This document shows, piece by piece, positions 38,101 to 50,977 of a stretch of 64,000 bases of DNA. Position numbers and translations under genes: made by a program. The stretch is from NCBI GenBank assembly GCA_964247055.1, contig OZ176053.1, forward strand, positions 9,672,001 to 9,736,000. The letters run 5' to 3'. Under the pieces are notes generated by a model. It made no database searches and was not told the DNA's origin. It saw only the letters and a program-made list of their open reading frames with translations. This stretch comes from Paragordius varius. Lineage: Eukaryota; Animalia; Nematomorpha. The stretch's first letter is position 1, and each line of letters starts with the position of its first letter.

Positions 38101-41100
38101 TCGTCATCTGAGGAACCCGTTACAATTTCATCCTGTAAAATAACGGTTGGTTTTGATTTTGGAGCAGTGGCTTTTGTCTCTCTTTTTTCCTGTTTTTCTG
38201 AAATTAAAAAATTGATCTTATTATTCAAAATATTTAACAATAAAAGTGTAAATGGTTACATTTGGTGTATATTGTATAACAATTTATTTACCCTTTTTAA
38301 AATTTGAAGAGGCTTAGGGTAGCCTTCATTTGTTTATTACAGCAAACTTTTATAATAAATATTTTGTATTTACTTATATAAATCCTTTGGTATGGTATTT
38401 TTGACTTGCCTTATAACAAGAGATTAAATGATTTTAGCAAATAGTGATACATAAATATAAATAACGGCTAAAATTTTTATTTTTGATAATTTAAAATCGA
38501 TGCTAACCAAACGCTTTTAATATTATATACATAAGAAGCAGTCAGGTCAATTATTATATTGTTTCGACTGGCAAAACCCAACCTTTCCAATTATACACCT
38601 AGCTTACTTCAAAAATCAAACGCCAAGTATAGAATATGTATAGAACAAACAAAAACTTTTCATCTTTTTTATATCATCCTCATCTGGAACAATAAATCCA
38701 TCAAGACTGTCAAATTCGTCGTCTTCAGACTCTGCCCTTTTCCCATGCTTGTCATATGATTTATCATCTAGAGTTTTCCAATTGCGTGGAAATGTTGCGC
38801 GTTTAATTCGATAAAGTCCCTTTAAGGGTATGTTTAACATCTCCCTACCAAACATAAGCGTATTGTATTGTGGCATTGATCTAAAAAAGGAATAAGCGTT
38901 AAAAAGCATATTGATTGCCTTACTATATGTTACTATTTGTTGAAAAATTAATTCTAATGGTTATAATCAATGGGGTTATATAGATATTCGTTACTTTTTA
39001 GTTAATCTCAATATGTTTTTATTTAATTTCCTTAGTCGTGTAACTTTATAATCCAGTTCTAATGCATTTTTCCTACATAGAGGCATTTTTTCATCAAATC
39101 AGACGTAATTGCAAGTATATTTTGAAAATAAAAGTTTATAAAATTTACATGCCGTAAAATCTATAAAAACATATATAACAAAAAAGAGGTTACCAATTAA
39201 AAATTGTATATTTTTGGGACAGCGCCGGTTCAAAAAGCAGTGGACCTCTCCTAAAATATTTTTATGGATTTAAAAGAATTTTTGTTTTTTAATCCTAGAT
39301 AGTAAAATATTTTGGGCATTAATTAAAAGTTTACTTTGTTTGTTTCAGTGCAGCGAGCTGATTTGAAGCGATAGAATCAAACACTTGATCAAACGTAAAG
39401 GATTGGATTAAGGAGGGTGTATCACGATTATTTTGTAGTTTGTTAACTTCTAAATATACATTAATTAATAATTTAATATAAACCAGATTAAATGAATTTC
39501 ATAAGTTAAAATATAAATAGATATCACTATAAAAAACCTTGTACAATAAGGTTAAAGATGGCAATATTTCGTTCGAGCGAGGTTAATTTATTAAATTTGT
39601 GGTCAGGTGAATTTAACTTATTAGGCGTGTGGAATTCTTTCTTTGGACTCTTTAATGATAATTTATTAGGAGATTTTTTGCTTTTGCGGGGTGATGGGGT
39701 GAATTCTTTTTTGGGACGTTTGCTAAAATTTTAGGGAAAAAAATTAAAAAATAATATAAAATTTAAAAATTATTGCATCAAAAGAGAAAATAATTTATTA
39801 TATTTTACTGTTTTTTGTAAGGACTTTCGAAATCTAAATCCAATTTGGAAAATAATTCAGTTTCATTCCCATCTTCGTGTTGTTCCAAATCGATTCCACT
39901 GCAAAATGTAAATATATTATTTTTTTTAAAAAAAATTGGTAGTTCTAAGTATTCGCTTTTATAAAATTTAATATTTAACAATACGATCAATATATCATTT
40001 TCAAATTAGCAATCTAATATATATTATAAATGACCTATAAATTAAAGCATTCCATTCACTACTCATTTAGGTATGCATGTAATTGATTAGCACGAATAAA
40101 GCCTTTTACAGAGTCGTTATTTAATTTTAAAAAAAAGATTCCATTTCGTGACCTTAAATTACCACATTCCCAAAACGCATTTTTTATAATGCCACTTATA
40201 TAAATAATTTTTAATTTGGAAAAACCATATAAAGGGAATGAAAAAAAATTATACATTAAATCCATTTTAATTTCTGATGCATGGAATTGTTGAACAATTA
40301 ATGGCAATGATTCTAAAACTGATTGTTCGCATTCCCCTTCCAAATCTGTAAACAATAAAATACGTCGTTCCACGTTAGCGTTTTTGAGGCGTTCTTTCTC
40401 AATTTTTGAAGTGCCTTTGCCTAAAACATAGCAAAATTAATATATAAAACAAATACTTATATCAGATATTGTTTGAGTGGTGATGATTTGCAAAAATAAA
40501 ATGTGTTAATATTCATAGATCAAATACTTACGGTTTCAAATGATGCGAAAAATGCTTGTCCATCGAAATGTAAAATTAAAACCACCTGAAAAACTTGATA
40601 GTTTAAAATAAATAATTTCGTTTTGCACTAGATATATTGGTATCAAAAACCAGAAAAACTATCTGATACGCATATAATATATATATAATATAGTCTCATT
40701 TTTTGGGGGGCTAATCCCACTCTATAATTTGGAATAATTCGATCTTTAAAGAAAACCTAAAAATCACTGCCCTTGAAATTTTTAAAATGCTTAAGAAGGA
40801 CTGTTGACGCCGTAAATCAGATATTCATATCCAAAAAATAACGACATACTCTGGTGAAAAACCTGCAAGGCCCTTTCAGAATGGCTCTAATCTTATTGAG
40901 GCTGAATTAAATTAATAAGCAAAAATAAAAATTTTAAAATTAAAATTTATCTGAATTCATATATATTCCATTATAAAAACTCGCTGTGATTTGATTAATA
41001 AATATCAAATTTTACGTTTTTTGTTATCTCCACTTTCAACATCATCGTCCAAATCCATTTGGTCATTGGGTTTAGGGAAAGCAGAAAAAAATATATCGTG

Positions 41101-41455
41101 AGATAGCCTAATAGCATCAATAAAATATCCGTTAAGAGTGGCCGTACGTTCAGATTTTAAATCCATAACTTGTTTCAAAAAATTCACATCCGGAACATCT
41201 ACACAAATTATATTTATATCTTACCAAACTCCCTAACCAACTCCATGCAATTATAATCGGTGTTGGATGTTTGTCCATTAAATAGAATTAGGGCTATTTG
41301 GTCCTTATTTAATGAAAATATCTAAATAGTATGCAGTTACGCCTAAAATTTACTTTTCTTTGGAGTATTTCTTCAATACATTTTTTGGCTAAATCCAAAA
41401 AATCTTTATTGGATCCAACATCAAGGCAAAAAATAATTGCTTCTTCCACGGGCAT
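35187..41455 (-). CDS. XRCC5: Ku80 (X-ray repair cross-complementing protein 5), 16 exons, ~763 aa
   Basis: Exons 41354-41455, 41225-41321, 41016-41198, 40255-40420, 39809-39898, 39538-39722, 39335-39449, 38657-38880, 38054-38197, 37755-37894, 36972-37110, 36613-36770, 36079-36263, 35745-35919, 35552-35665, 35187-35261 (total 2292 nt, in frame). Ku80 motifs in order: IIFCLDVG, LQRKIFS..KDQIALILF, RRILLFTDL, AYKYGNTLVPFSKEDE, GLIIIGFTK, LDMVGIARY, VLPFLEDIR.Y.F, QLQAIDDLIDAMDL, NPYFNRL..AL.QRA. Confidence 0.93.
35317..35532. mobile_element. Tc1/mariner-type MITE in the last Ku80 intron
   Basis: TA + CAGTATG...CATACTG + TA. Inverted arms ggttgcttatttcacac / gtgtgaaataagcaacc. Confidence 0.8.
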
Positions 41456-41549
41456 TTTAAAAATTCAAAAAAAAATAAAATAAGATTTATCATGCACTTT
41501 TAAAACAACATTTGTGCACTTGTTCAAGCTAAACTTCAACTTGGTTTGT
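41456..41549. promoter_or_regulatory. Putative bidirectional promoter and 5' UTRs between Ku80 and importin-alpha
   Basis: Only 94 bp separate the divergent start codons (41455 minus, 41550 plus). Promoter function is inferred. Confidence 0.6.
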
Positions 41550-44500
41550 ATGTCATCTCGCCAACAGCGTTTCAAAAATAAAGGAGCCTATGATGCCCAA
41601 GAATTGCGACGAAGACGCGAAGAAGAAGGAATTCAATTGAGAAAGCAAAAATATGAAGAAAATTTGAACAAGAAAAGAGTAATGCATGCAGTTGAAACGG
41701 ATAATGTTAATATAGACGATGCTTCCATGAGTGGTTTAGAGGGAAGAAGTGATCAATCTTGGGTATTGTATACAAATATATGTTTTTTAATGAAAATATG
41801 TTTGATATTAATTATATTCATATTTGTTTTAGCATATTCAGTTGCTTGAAAAATTAAATAGTCCCAACATATCTGATCAATTAGAAGCCACTCAGCAGTA
41901 CCGAAAGCTATTATCTCAAGGTAAAAAATTTTAGTTTTATTCTTAAACTATTTATACAACATAGAACCCAGTCCACCGATTGAGCAAGTCGTGAAACTAG
42001 GAATCGTTCCAAAACTTATTCAATTTTTGGATCAGGATGAGAATGTTTCGTTACAGGTATGCCTTGATTATAAATTTTTTACAGTAAAAATAAAGACAAA
42101 ATCTAAAAGCTAACAATTATTTTTAAAAAGACAGTCATACTTTTTGAATAATTTCTTTATATAACCTATCTTATTACCCACCCTTATTAAGGTATAAAAA
42201 AGTATGGTTGTCCTTTTAAAAATGTCATTTATTTACAAATATTTTGAGCGCTTTTCGTTTTATACAATAAATTATCTGAAAAATACATCCTTCTTGGTGA
42301 TTTTAGTTTGAAGCAGCCTGGGCACTGACCAATATAGCTTCGGGTACGACCGAACAAACGCATGTTGTGATAGCAGCTGGTGGGATTGACAGATTTGTTA
42401 GATTGTTAAATTCCCCAAATTTGGATGTCAAAGAACAGGTGATCTCTCATAACTTTTCTTATTATATAATATCAATTAACCAGCATAAAACACATATAAA
42501 ATATACAAATGGTTATCAGAGTTTTAACAAATTAAATGGCCATTCCAAGTTATACTTACAAAAATATAAAGAAACAAAATGTAAAAATCTTTATTTGATA
42601 CTTCCCACAATACTTTGGGGATTGTTTGCAAATTTAATATATAATACGGCATAATGATAACACTGGACAACAAATTTTTCTGCCACTCGAGTTTTTTGCA
42701 TTTTCTGATATTTATTATCATTTTAACAGTAAATCTGAAATAAAAATTATAACTCGATGGAAGTATAAATAGATTTTTTGATTATGCGCCTTCTTTATCA
42801 AAATTTTACTAAAAATTGTTTTTCATTGAAAATATACAAGTAATGCCCATTTGTAATATATCATTCGAACGAGTAATAAAAACTCTATAAAATGAATACT
42901 AATATGTATTACATCGACAGTTAATATTGGACACAAAGAGCGACAAACGCGCGAAGCGAGAGCATTTTTTTAATTATTATATTTTTAAAACTAATGGATG
43001 AAAATAGCTCAAACTTTGATTATATGGTGATGAATGTCCAAAAAAGATAACACAAGAAAGTTTTTTTGATTAAAACATTTTTTATTGCTTTTAAGTCATT
43101 CAAAACAGCCTTTTAAGTTTTTTGTTTTTAAAATTACCATCTCATCATATTAATTTATTTTCATTACGAGGCTGATAATTTCGAAATTATAAAGATAAAA
43201 ACAAAGTTAAAGGTATTTTTGATCTTTTATAGCCATTATCTAATAAATTTACAGTTATAACTATGCATTTTAGTATCCACTAGGTAAAATATTTATGATA
43301 ATAATAATTTTTATTAAAAAGCGAACCAAAAGCTTTTTCAAACTTTTTTTTAAATTAAATACTAATACAACCCTAATAATTATATTAAAATAATTTATAT
43401 GATTTTTAAATAGTTTGTCTGTCAAAATTCCTGACTCATTTAAGGATTGAAAATTTCGACCATTTAAATCCTAATAACTTTTACATCCGATTGATTTAAA
43501 TGACTTACTACCATTTAAAAGATGCAGTTTTTTGAGCTCTTTCGAATGATATGAAATACATGGCTTCATATCTAAAACTTTTAATTTTCGAAATTTCGAG
43601 TTTAATGTTAAATCCGGGCGAAAATTAACGATAAACTCTATATATAAAAAATTTTTCATAGACCATTTTCTTTTCAGATATACTAATTATGTACTTTAAT
43701 GAAATAAATTTTAAATTTACAATAATGGCAGTTAAAAAAAGTTAAAATTTGTTGTCTAGTGTAATTAACCGTTTAAGTATTTTTTTATTATAATTTAAAA
43801 AATACCCTTTAACACAAATGGCTTCGCGGGCTGCATTTGCAAATATATGGGCATTAACAAATATTGTATTAGAATTACACCTAAGACTGTAAAAACTACT
43901 ATATTTATTTTAACATTTTTCCTAGTTCATTGATGAAATTCGGAAAAACTTATTAAAAATTTGTTATAGAAAATAAATTTACTTTAATTTTATGAAATTT
44001 GTGTTTGAAATTTCTCGCGGGCCGCATATTGGACAAACCTGTAAATTACTCCAATTAGTTCCACACTTTTAGTTTTGTTTGTAAAAGTTAAAATGAAAAC
44101 CACATTATATAGTATATTGCCTATGTAATTTAAAAAGTTGCATAATAATTTTTCTCCACTGAAGTAATTTATATTTTTTTACTACATTATACTGTACAGA
44201 GCGTTTGGGGTTTGGGAAACATTGCGGGAGATAGTCCAGCTTATAGAGATTGCGTCCTTGATACTGCCTGTCTTCCAACTATACTCGAGTACTAGCTTTT
44301 GAATATATTTTATTTACTTTTATGCATTGATAAATGGTTTTTAGGAAAGATATATGGCACTGTTATTTATATGTTATTTTTATATTTATCTATTTTCAGA
44401 TTTTCGGCAATTTAGAATTTTTTACATTTTATAGTTATTTTTGGGTAAATTTTATACACATTGAGGTAACCATTCACAAATTCAGCCAAAATTATAGAAA

Positions 44501-47500
44501 TAGTTATCAAATTATGTCAGCATAAATATATCCAATCAAATAATAATTCTGTAGAATTCTAAAAGATCCCAACTCAAGACTTTCCATGTTACGCAACGCC
44601 ACATGGGCCCTTTCCAATTTATGTCGGGGCAAAGAACCACCTCCAAATCCTGCTAAGGTTTTATCTCTATTTTGATGAATAAAATTTTTTAATAAAACTA
44701 TCAAATTAAACATGGGTAGCCATCAGAACCGTTTTTGCTTCCAGGTATATTATTACATATATTTAGGAAAAGGATTTAATATGATTTTGGTTTAAATTTG
44801 GCTCCGATCCAAAATAACTCATTTAAGTAATATTTTTGGAATAGACACATAAAAGTTGCTATATCTACAAAAATATTTTCATATGAATTTGACAACTGTA
44901 ATATCTTTATCTTACAATTTAAAACATATAAAACAATTTTAAACTTGTAAGAATATAATTTTGTGCGTTTCAAAACAGTTTCAATCGTTTTAACCTTTAA
45001 ACGGTTAGTAACACTCATGGTTCCGATTCTACAATCGTTTAAAATTATTTTTATCCGTTATACCTTAAATACAATTAAATTTGTAAAATCATGAGTTGTA
45101 CACTAGGACACTACGTAAAAAATTGTTTCGAATGATAAATTATTTAGTATGAATATTTAATATATAAAATACTTTGTCGCAAAAAAACTCCAAATTCGGA
45201 GTCCTGATTTTTATTTAATCGCCGTTTATAGGTTAACATAGCATTACCTGTGTTAACGCAACTTATGATGTCAGATGATGCGGATATCGTTACGGATGCT
45301 TGTTGGGGCATTTCTTACCTTTCTGACGGGCCAAATGAACGCATTCAATATTTGGTAGATTGTCCAGGGCTCATTGCTACGCTCGTACAAAAATTGGCTC
45401 ACCCCCAATTCAATGTCATTTCCGCTGCCCTCCGGGGGGTAGGCAATATCGTCACGGGTGATGATAATCAAACTCAGGTATATAAGTTTTTAGCTTTTTT
45501 TAACACAAAAAGTTTTTATTTTGTTTAATATACATAAGAGGGATAAATATATTTGTTTTTATATATATATAAAGGTTGATTAGTTAACCATGTTTGGTTT
45601 ATTTATGAGACGCTAACGATTTATCGCAGATAAATATTAATATATTAATGCTAAAATTTATTGAAAGCATCAATAATCTGTAACTCCTTTATAACTGGAA
45701 TCAGTGCCGTAGGCAGAAAGTGATGGACGCACTGAGCTTATTATTTAGTTTTAATAAATTATTCATATAACTTTGTCATATAATTTTACGTTTTTTTATT
45801 TTTGTCAACCTAATTTATTTTTTATTAAATGAATTTAAGAACTGAGATATATTCACATATAATTTGTATAGATTATAAATAAAGAGTGCTTGTAATCATA
45901 ACTCATAAAATTAAATGGATTTCATGTTTGTCCTTGTTGACTAATTACTTACAAAAATGATATCAACTTTAAATATATAATGTCGAATACCTTAAGGAAT
46001 GTAAAATACAATTTATCAATTAAACAAAAAGCGATATTTTTTTATTGACACGATATCATTTTTAGTGCGTGATTGATAATTCTGCTTTGCCCCTGTTACG
46101 AGCCTTGTTGTCGAACCCAAAAGATGCTATTAAGAAAGAAGCATGTTGGACCATATCCAATATAACCGCTGGGACTAAACCTCAAATTCAAGTTTGTGTT
46201 GGAATTTACTAACAACATTTTTAAATCTCAAAAAAAATCTTAAACTTTGATATTTTTAATTTTTGATAAACACTGTCATATAATTGAAACACGTTTAGAA
46301 TCATTTATTTTGGTGAAAAGTATTTTTCAGTATTTTTATTTTAGTTTGCTGATTATGCAAAAAAAATTCATATTTCTTAAATGCGAATTTTATAATATTT
46401 TTCCATATTCAGGCCTTTTTCATAAAAAATAAATGCAAATTATATATATTGAAGTTATCTCTGATACAGTGTTTTTTTTATATTTTTTTAGAATGAAAAA
46501 ATTGTTTGTATGTTTGTTTTCATTCGAGGGAGATAAAAATGTTACATAATTTTTAATCTCTATTGTAAATATATCAGAAAACACCTGATTTTTTTACGGT
46601 AAGATCTAGGCTAGAAATAGAAATTTGGTAAATATGAATTTTTCAAGGTGGGGTTTATGTTAATTTACAGTTTCTATAAATAAATAGCATCAATGAAATA
46701 ATAATTATATATAACCGTAATATGCCATTTACAGTTCATATACCCCCTAAAAATAAATTATTTGTTTTCGAACTATTATACTAATTATTAAGATGAAATA
46801 TATCTCTATGGCTAAGTTTATTTTTTCAATATTATACCAATATTAAACAAAATTTTATTTTTTTAGACAGAAAAAATATAGGTAATTTTTAGTCTTAAAA
46901 AACACATAATTTATTTTAGGGTGAATTTGAAGTGTAAATGGTATATCCTATTCGTGTTATATTGTTAATAAATAGGTTAATAAAACTTTTTAAATTTTAT
47001 ATACAATAGGAAGTGATAGACGCAGACCTTTTCCGCATCATAATTGGTATGATACCTAACGTCGATTTTAAAACGTGCAAAGAGGCAGCATGGGTCATTA
47101 CTAATGCCACCACGGGTGGCAGTGGAGAACAAATACAGTAATTTTTATTTTTACGCTTTTTGAAAATAATTTTAAATCTCTTTTTTTGGTTAAAATAAAG
47201 GGGTAATTGTATTGATAAGGTAATATTTTATTATAGCAATTTTCGAGATGTTGGATGAATTGTGATAAAATTAGTTAGTTTAGTTTCGTTGTCCTGGCTG
47301 AGGTTTTGTGACTGTTGAAATGTTTTATCTTATCAAAAGATATGCCATTTTTCATGCAAAAACATCATTTTTTCAACCAAACGCATCGTTTTTACAACCA
47401 AACGCACCATTTTTTCAAGCAAACGCAACATTTTTTTAAGCCAAGGCAACAATTTTTCAAGCAAATGCAACATTTTTTCAAGCAAACGCAACATTTTTTC

Positions 47501-50500
47501 AACCAAAGACAACATTTTTTCATCCAAACGCAACATTTTTTCAAACAAAGACAACTTTTCAAGCAAAAACAACACTTTTTTTAATATTAAAAAGAATTAC
47601 TATTTATTGTATGACAATTTAATTATAAATTATTTATTAAATTTTAAGTTAATGTAATTTATTTTTAGCGTTGAATTATGATTTTTATCGTTTTATCATC
47701 AATATTTGATGGTAAATTAATTGATTTTCAAACATTTTGATTTTGCCCATAAATTGCCTTATTTTATATTGATTATATTTTTCTTTTACAACTTTTTCGC
47801 CTATAATCAATTTATATAATTTGCGCTTCAAGAGTGTCTTTGAAAGTTCAAAGTTGTCCTTCACTTAAAGTTGGTCCTTACATTTTTGCAGTTTGCATAC
47901 AACCGTTATTTTTGTATGTAATTTTTTTTAAATTTAACCTAATATCTTTATTAGTGTTTCATTAAAAATAATATTTCAATAAAAACAACTTTAGTAAACT
48001 AAATATTACAATCAATAACCCACAAAACTAAAATTTTAATTATAGTTAAAAAAATTATAGAAATAATAAGGAATTACGGTTCTTATGAAAAAAAAGTTAC
48101 TATACATTTAAAAGTTTAGGTTAATAAAGAGAATAGGTTAAAAATGATAGGATAAATATATTTTATTACTTCATTAATAAAAGGTAGAATCAAAATTAAA
48201 ATATTGAAGGACCAACTTGAAGTGTTCATCGACCAACTTTAAATTTTTAAAGACACTCTTGAAGCGCAAATTATATAAATTGATTATAGGCGAAAAAGTT
48301 GTAAAAGAAAAATATAAAATATAAAATAAGGCAATTTATGGGCAAAATCAAAATGTTTGAAAATCAATTAATTTACCATCAAATATTGATGATAAAATGA
48401 TAAAAATCATAATTCAACGCTAAAAATAAATTACATTAACTTAAAATTTAATAAATAATTTATAATTAAATTGTCATACAATAAATAGTAATTTTTTGTA
48501 CTATTAAAAACAGTGTTGTTTTTGCTTGAAAAAATGTTATCTTTGGTTGAAAAAATGTTGCATTTGGATGAAAAAATGTTGTCTTTGCTTGAAAAAATGT
48601 TGCGTTTGCTTAAAAAAATGTTGTCTTTGCTTGAAAAAATGTTGCATTTGCTTAAAAAATTGTTGCGTTTGCTTGGAAAATTGTCGCGTTTGCTTGAAAA
48701 AATGGTGCGTTTGGTTGAAAAAATGATGTTTTTGCATGAAAAATGGTATACTATTTCGGAAGCAATTCTAGAATTAAATTGATTTCGAATTAATTAATAA
48801 TATAGATTTTATGGATATTGAATGTTTTAAAATTAGATAATATTGGTTTTAGGGGAGTTAGCACTGAATCGCAAAAAATATAAAAATAAAAAATTATATT
48901 TTTACTAGTATCATTAGGCTGCATTAAAATTTTATATATTATTAAACTCGTATATAAAAAATGTCTTGTTTTTCAAAATATGTTGGTTTACACATATAAA
49001 TAACAGTCCACAAGTAATTTTGGAAAAGTCATTTTTCACACAAAAAGAATATGGGTTGATGACAAATGTAGTTGTTTTGAAATTATAATTTTATATTTTT
49101 TTAATCTGGCATTCAATTTATTTTTCAGTCACATTGTTGAAGAAGGAGCCATCCCCGCTTTGTGTAGCATTCTGAGTTTTGCGGATAGCAAAATAATATC
49201 TGTCGCACTCACGGGGTTAGATAACATTTTATCTTTTGGACAAACTAAGTTTGCGGCTTCGGGACATCCCAATTTTTATGCCATTAAAGTTGAAGAATGT
49301 GGAGGTACGCATATTTACTTTTTATTCATGAAACATTGTATTTTCGGTAGAGATGAATATTGTAAGTACTTTGATTAGCAAATATACATTAATTAATAAT
49401 AGTTCAGATTTATATAGTTTAAGGTGTATGTAACTCCTGGTTATAGATATACATAAATATTTTATAATATTTATGAATATTAATACACTTGTTAATATTA
49501 TGTATTATGATTACCTAGCTTGAGTTTATACGGGTTAATATTTACATGTCTACTTTTGTCTGCAGTCGTTCCTAATCATAAACTGCCAGCGCATTAAATA
49601 AATATTTTTCTTTTAACCTGAAAATAAGATCAATCAATCTATGCTTTAATCGTTTCAATTACAATTATCTATATATAAATAAAAAATTAATGAAACTGTA
49701 TAAATTTATTGCATTAATTTTATTACCTGATAAACCTGTGCTATTAAAACTTTGATTAGTTTGTTTAACAGCCACGGTCATGGTCACATTTATAATTATG
49801 CTTTACTTAACTTACCTACTCTGTACACACATTTAGGTTTGGATAAGATTGAATCACTTCAAAGCCATGAGAATATGAACATTTATCGCAAGAGTTTATC
49901 CATCATTGAAAAGTATTTTGGGAGTGAAGACGGAGGTGATGGTCTACTCGGTACTGAAGATATGTTGGCCGCCGCAGCTGAAAACCCAATGCTTTGGGGT
50001 GGGGGAATGGGGCCCGCTGGAGAGGGTTCTAATATGGGCGCTCATGGTACTGGCACTGCACTTCCCTCTATGATGAATTTTAATGCACAACATGAACAAG
50101 GTTGTTTTCTGATTTTTATTATTTCAAAAAGTTTTTTATGATAAATTATTTGTCTTGGATTTTTTATTTCAAAAATTATAAGTTTTTTAGAATGAAATAT
50201 TTGCCAACGTTTTTAATTGGGGAATTAGAAAACAGTGGTTTGTTTATATTGATTTTTTTGATAAAGTTACAACTTTGTTTTTAATTTATGGGACATATTT
50301 TTATAAGGAATGTGATTTGTTTGCTGATGCAATACTTTTTTATATTTTTAAAGGGATGACTTTTTGGGTATTATAACAACTTAATTTGTTTGGTAATCAT
50401 AAAATTAAATATACAAAATTTTGAGATTAACGAATAAATTTTGTTTTTATATATGATTTAATATACGAATGTTATCAATTTATATACTATACATAAAAAT

Positions 50501-50677
50501 GCATTTTAACCACATTATTACTTATTGGAATTTTTCATTAATTCGCTTAAATAATGATTACAATATATTTTAGCATACATGATGCCTTCCCCATTCGGCA
50601 ACACTCAAGCAAACATTGTTACAAGCTCTCAACCTAACCCGCCACAGCATCACCAACAACAACCCTTTCATTTCTAA
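41550..50677 (+). CDS. KPNA: Importin subunit alpha (karyopherin alpha, alpha1/KPNA1-5-6-like), 12 exons, ~586 aa
   Basis: Exons 41550-41762, 41833-41920, 41965-42056, 42307-42438, 44200-44288, 44555-44657, 45232-45477, 46066-46191, 47010-47137, 49129-49304, 49837-50100, 50574-50677 (1761 nt, in frame). IBB domain [20 protein letters not shown] repeats [101 protein letters not shown] and terminal FHF. Confidence 0.96.
43815..44041. mobile_element. Degenerate hAT MITE (17963 family, reverse orientation) in importin-alpha intron 4
   Basis: atggcttcgcgggctgc ... cgcgggccgcatattggacaaacctg. Confidence 0.6.
47343..48748. mobile_element. Foldback element, 1.4 kb, with ~540-bp arms containing 21-bp tandem repeats, in importin-alpha intron 9
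   Basis: T(G/A)CCATTTTTCATGCAAAAACATC termini flanked by TA. About 11 units of CATTTTTTCAAGCAAACGCAA per arm. Near-identical inner arms (47590-47840 vs 48250-48500). Central core related to 3162-3597. Confidence 0.9.
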
Positions 50678-50977
50678 TTTTTTAATGGATGGTCAATTTT
50701 TTAACGATATCTTTATCATTCAATATATTACTAATGATTATATATACTATTTGATATAAATTTACCAACAGTAAACCCCCCTTTTATTATAAATCATGAT
50801 AGATTAATTTAATTGGTTTCTATCCCATCATCTTTTTGCTGGCTCCCTCTGATGGGTGCATCATTGGCCCAAAGCGCTTCTAGTCTACCTCCCTATTTCC
50901 ATCTTTCTTTTCCGTTCCCCTTGATTAACAATTAACCAATTTTTCCTTGTTTGTCGATTTTGTGACCCTGACTTGTT

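Noticed and set aside
40059-40196. Second half of ORF 40059-40373 as Ku80 coding sequence
   Set aside because: Ku80 homology continues better through exon 39809-39898 (IGIDL); the read-through reaches a stop.
39200-40900. Antisense Rab/IFT27-like GTPase suggested by YFWDSAG and RRTVD fragments in Ku80 introns
   Set aside because: No G1 (GxxxxGKT) or G4 (NKxD) motif was found and the frames contain stops.
47343-47580. 21-bp repeats as a CRISPR array
   Set aside because: The units are head-to-tail with no unique spacers, there are no cas genes, and the context is eukaryotic.
47315-48782. Heptad-repeat ORFs (LLEKML.., QHFFKQ.., KKCC..) as coiled-coil or metallothionein proteins
   Set aside because: They are translations of a 21-bp minisatellite in the arms of an intronic foldback element.
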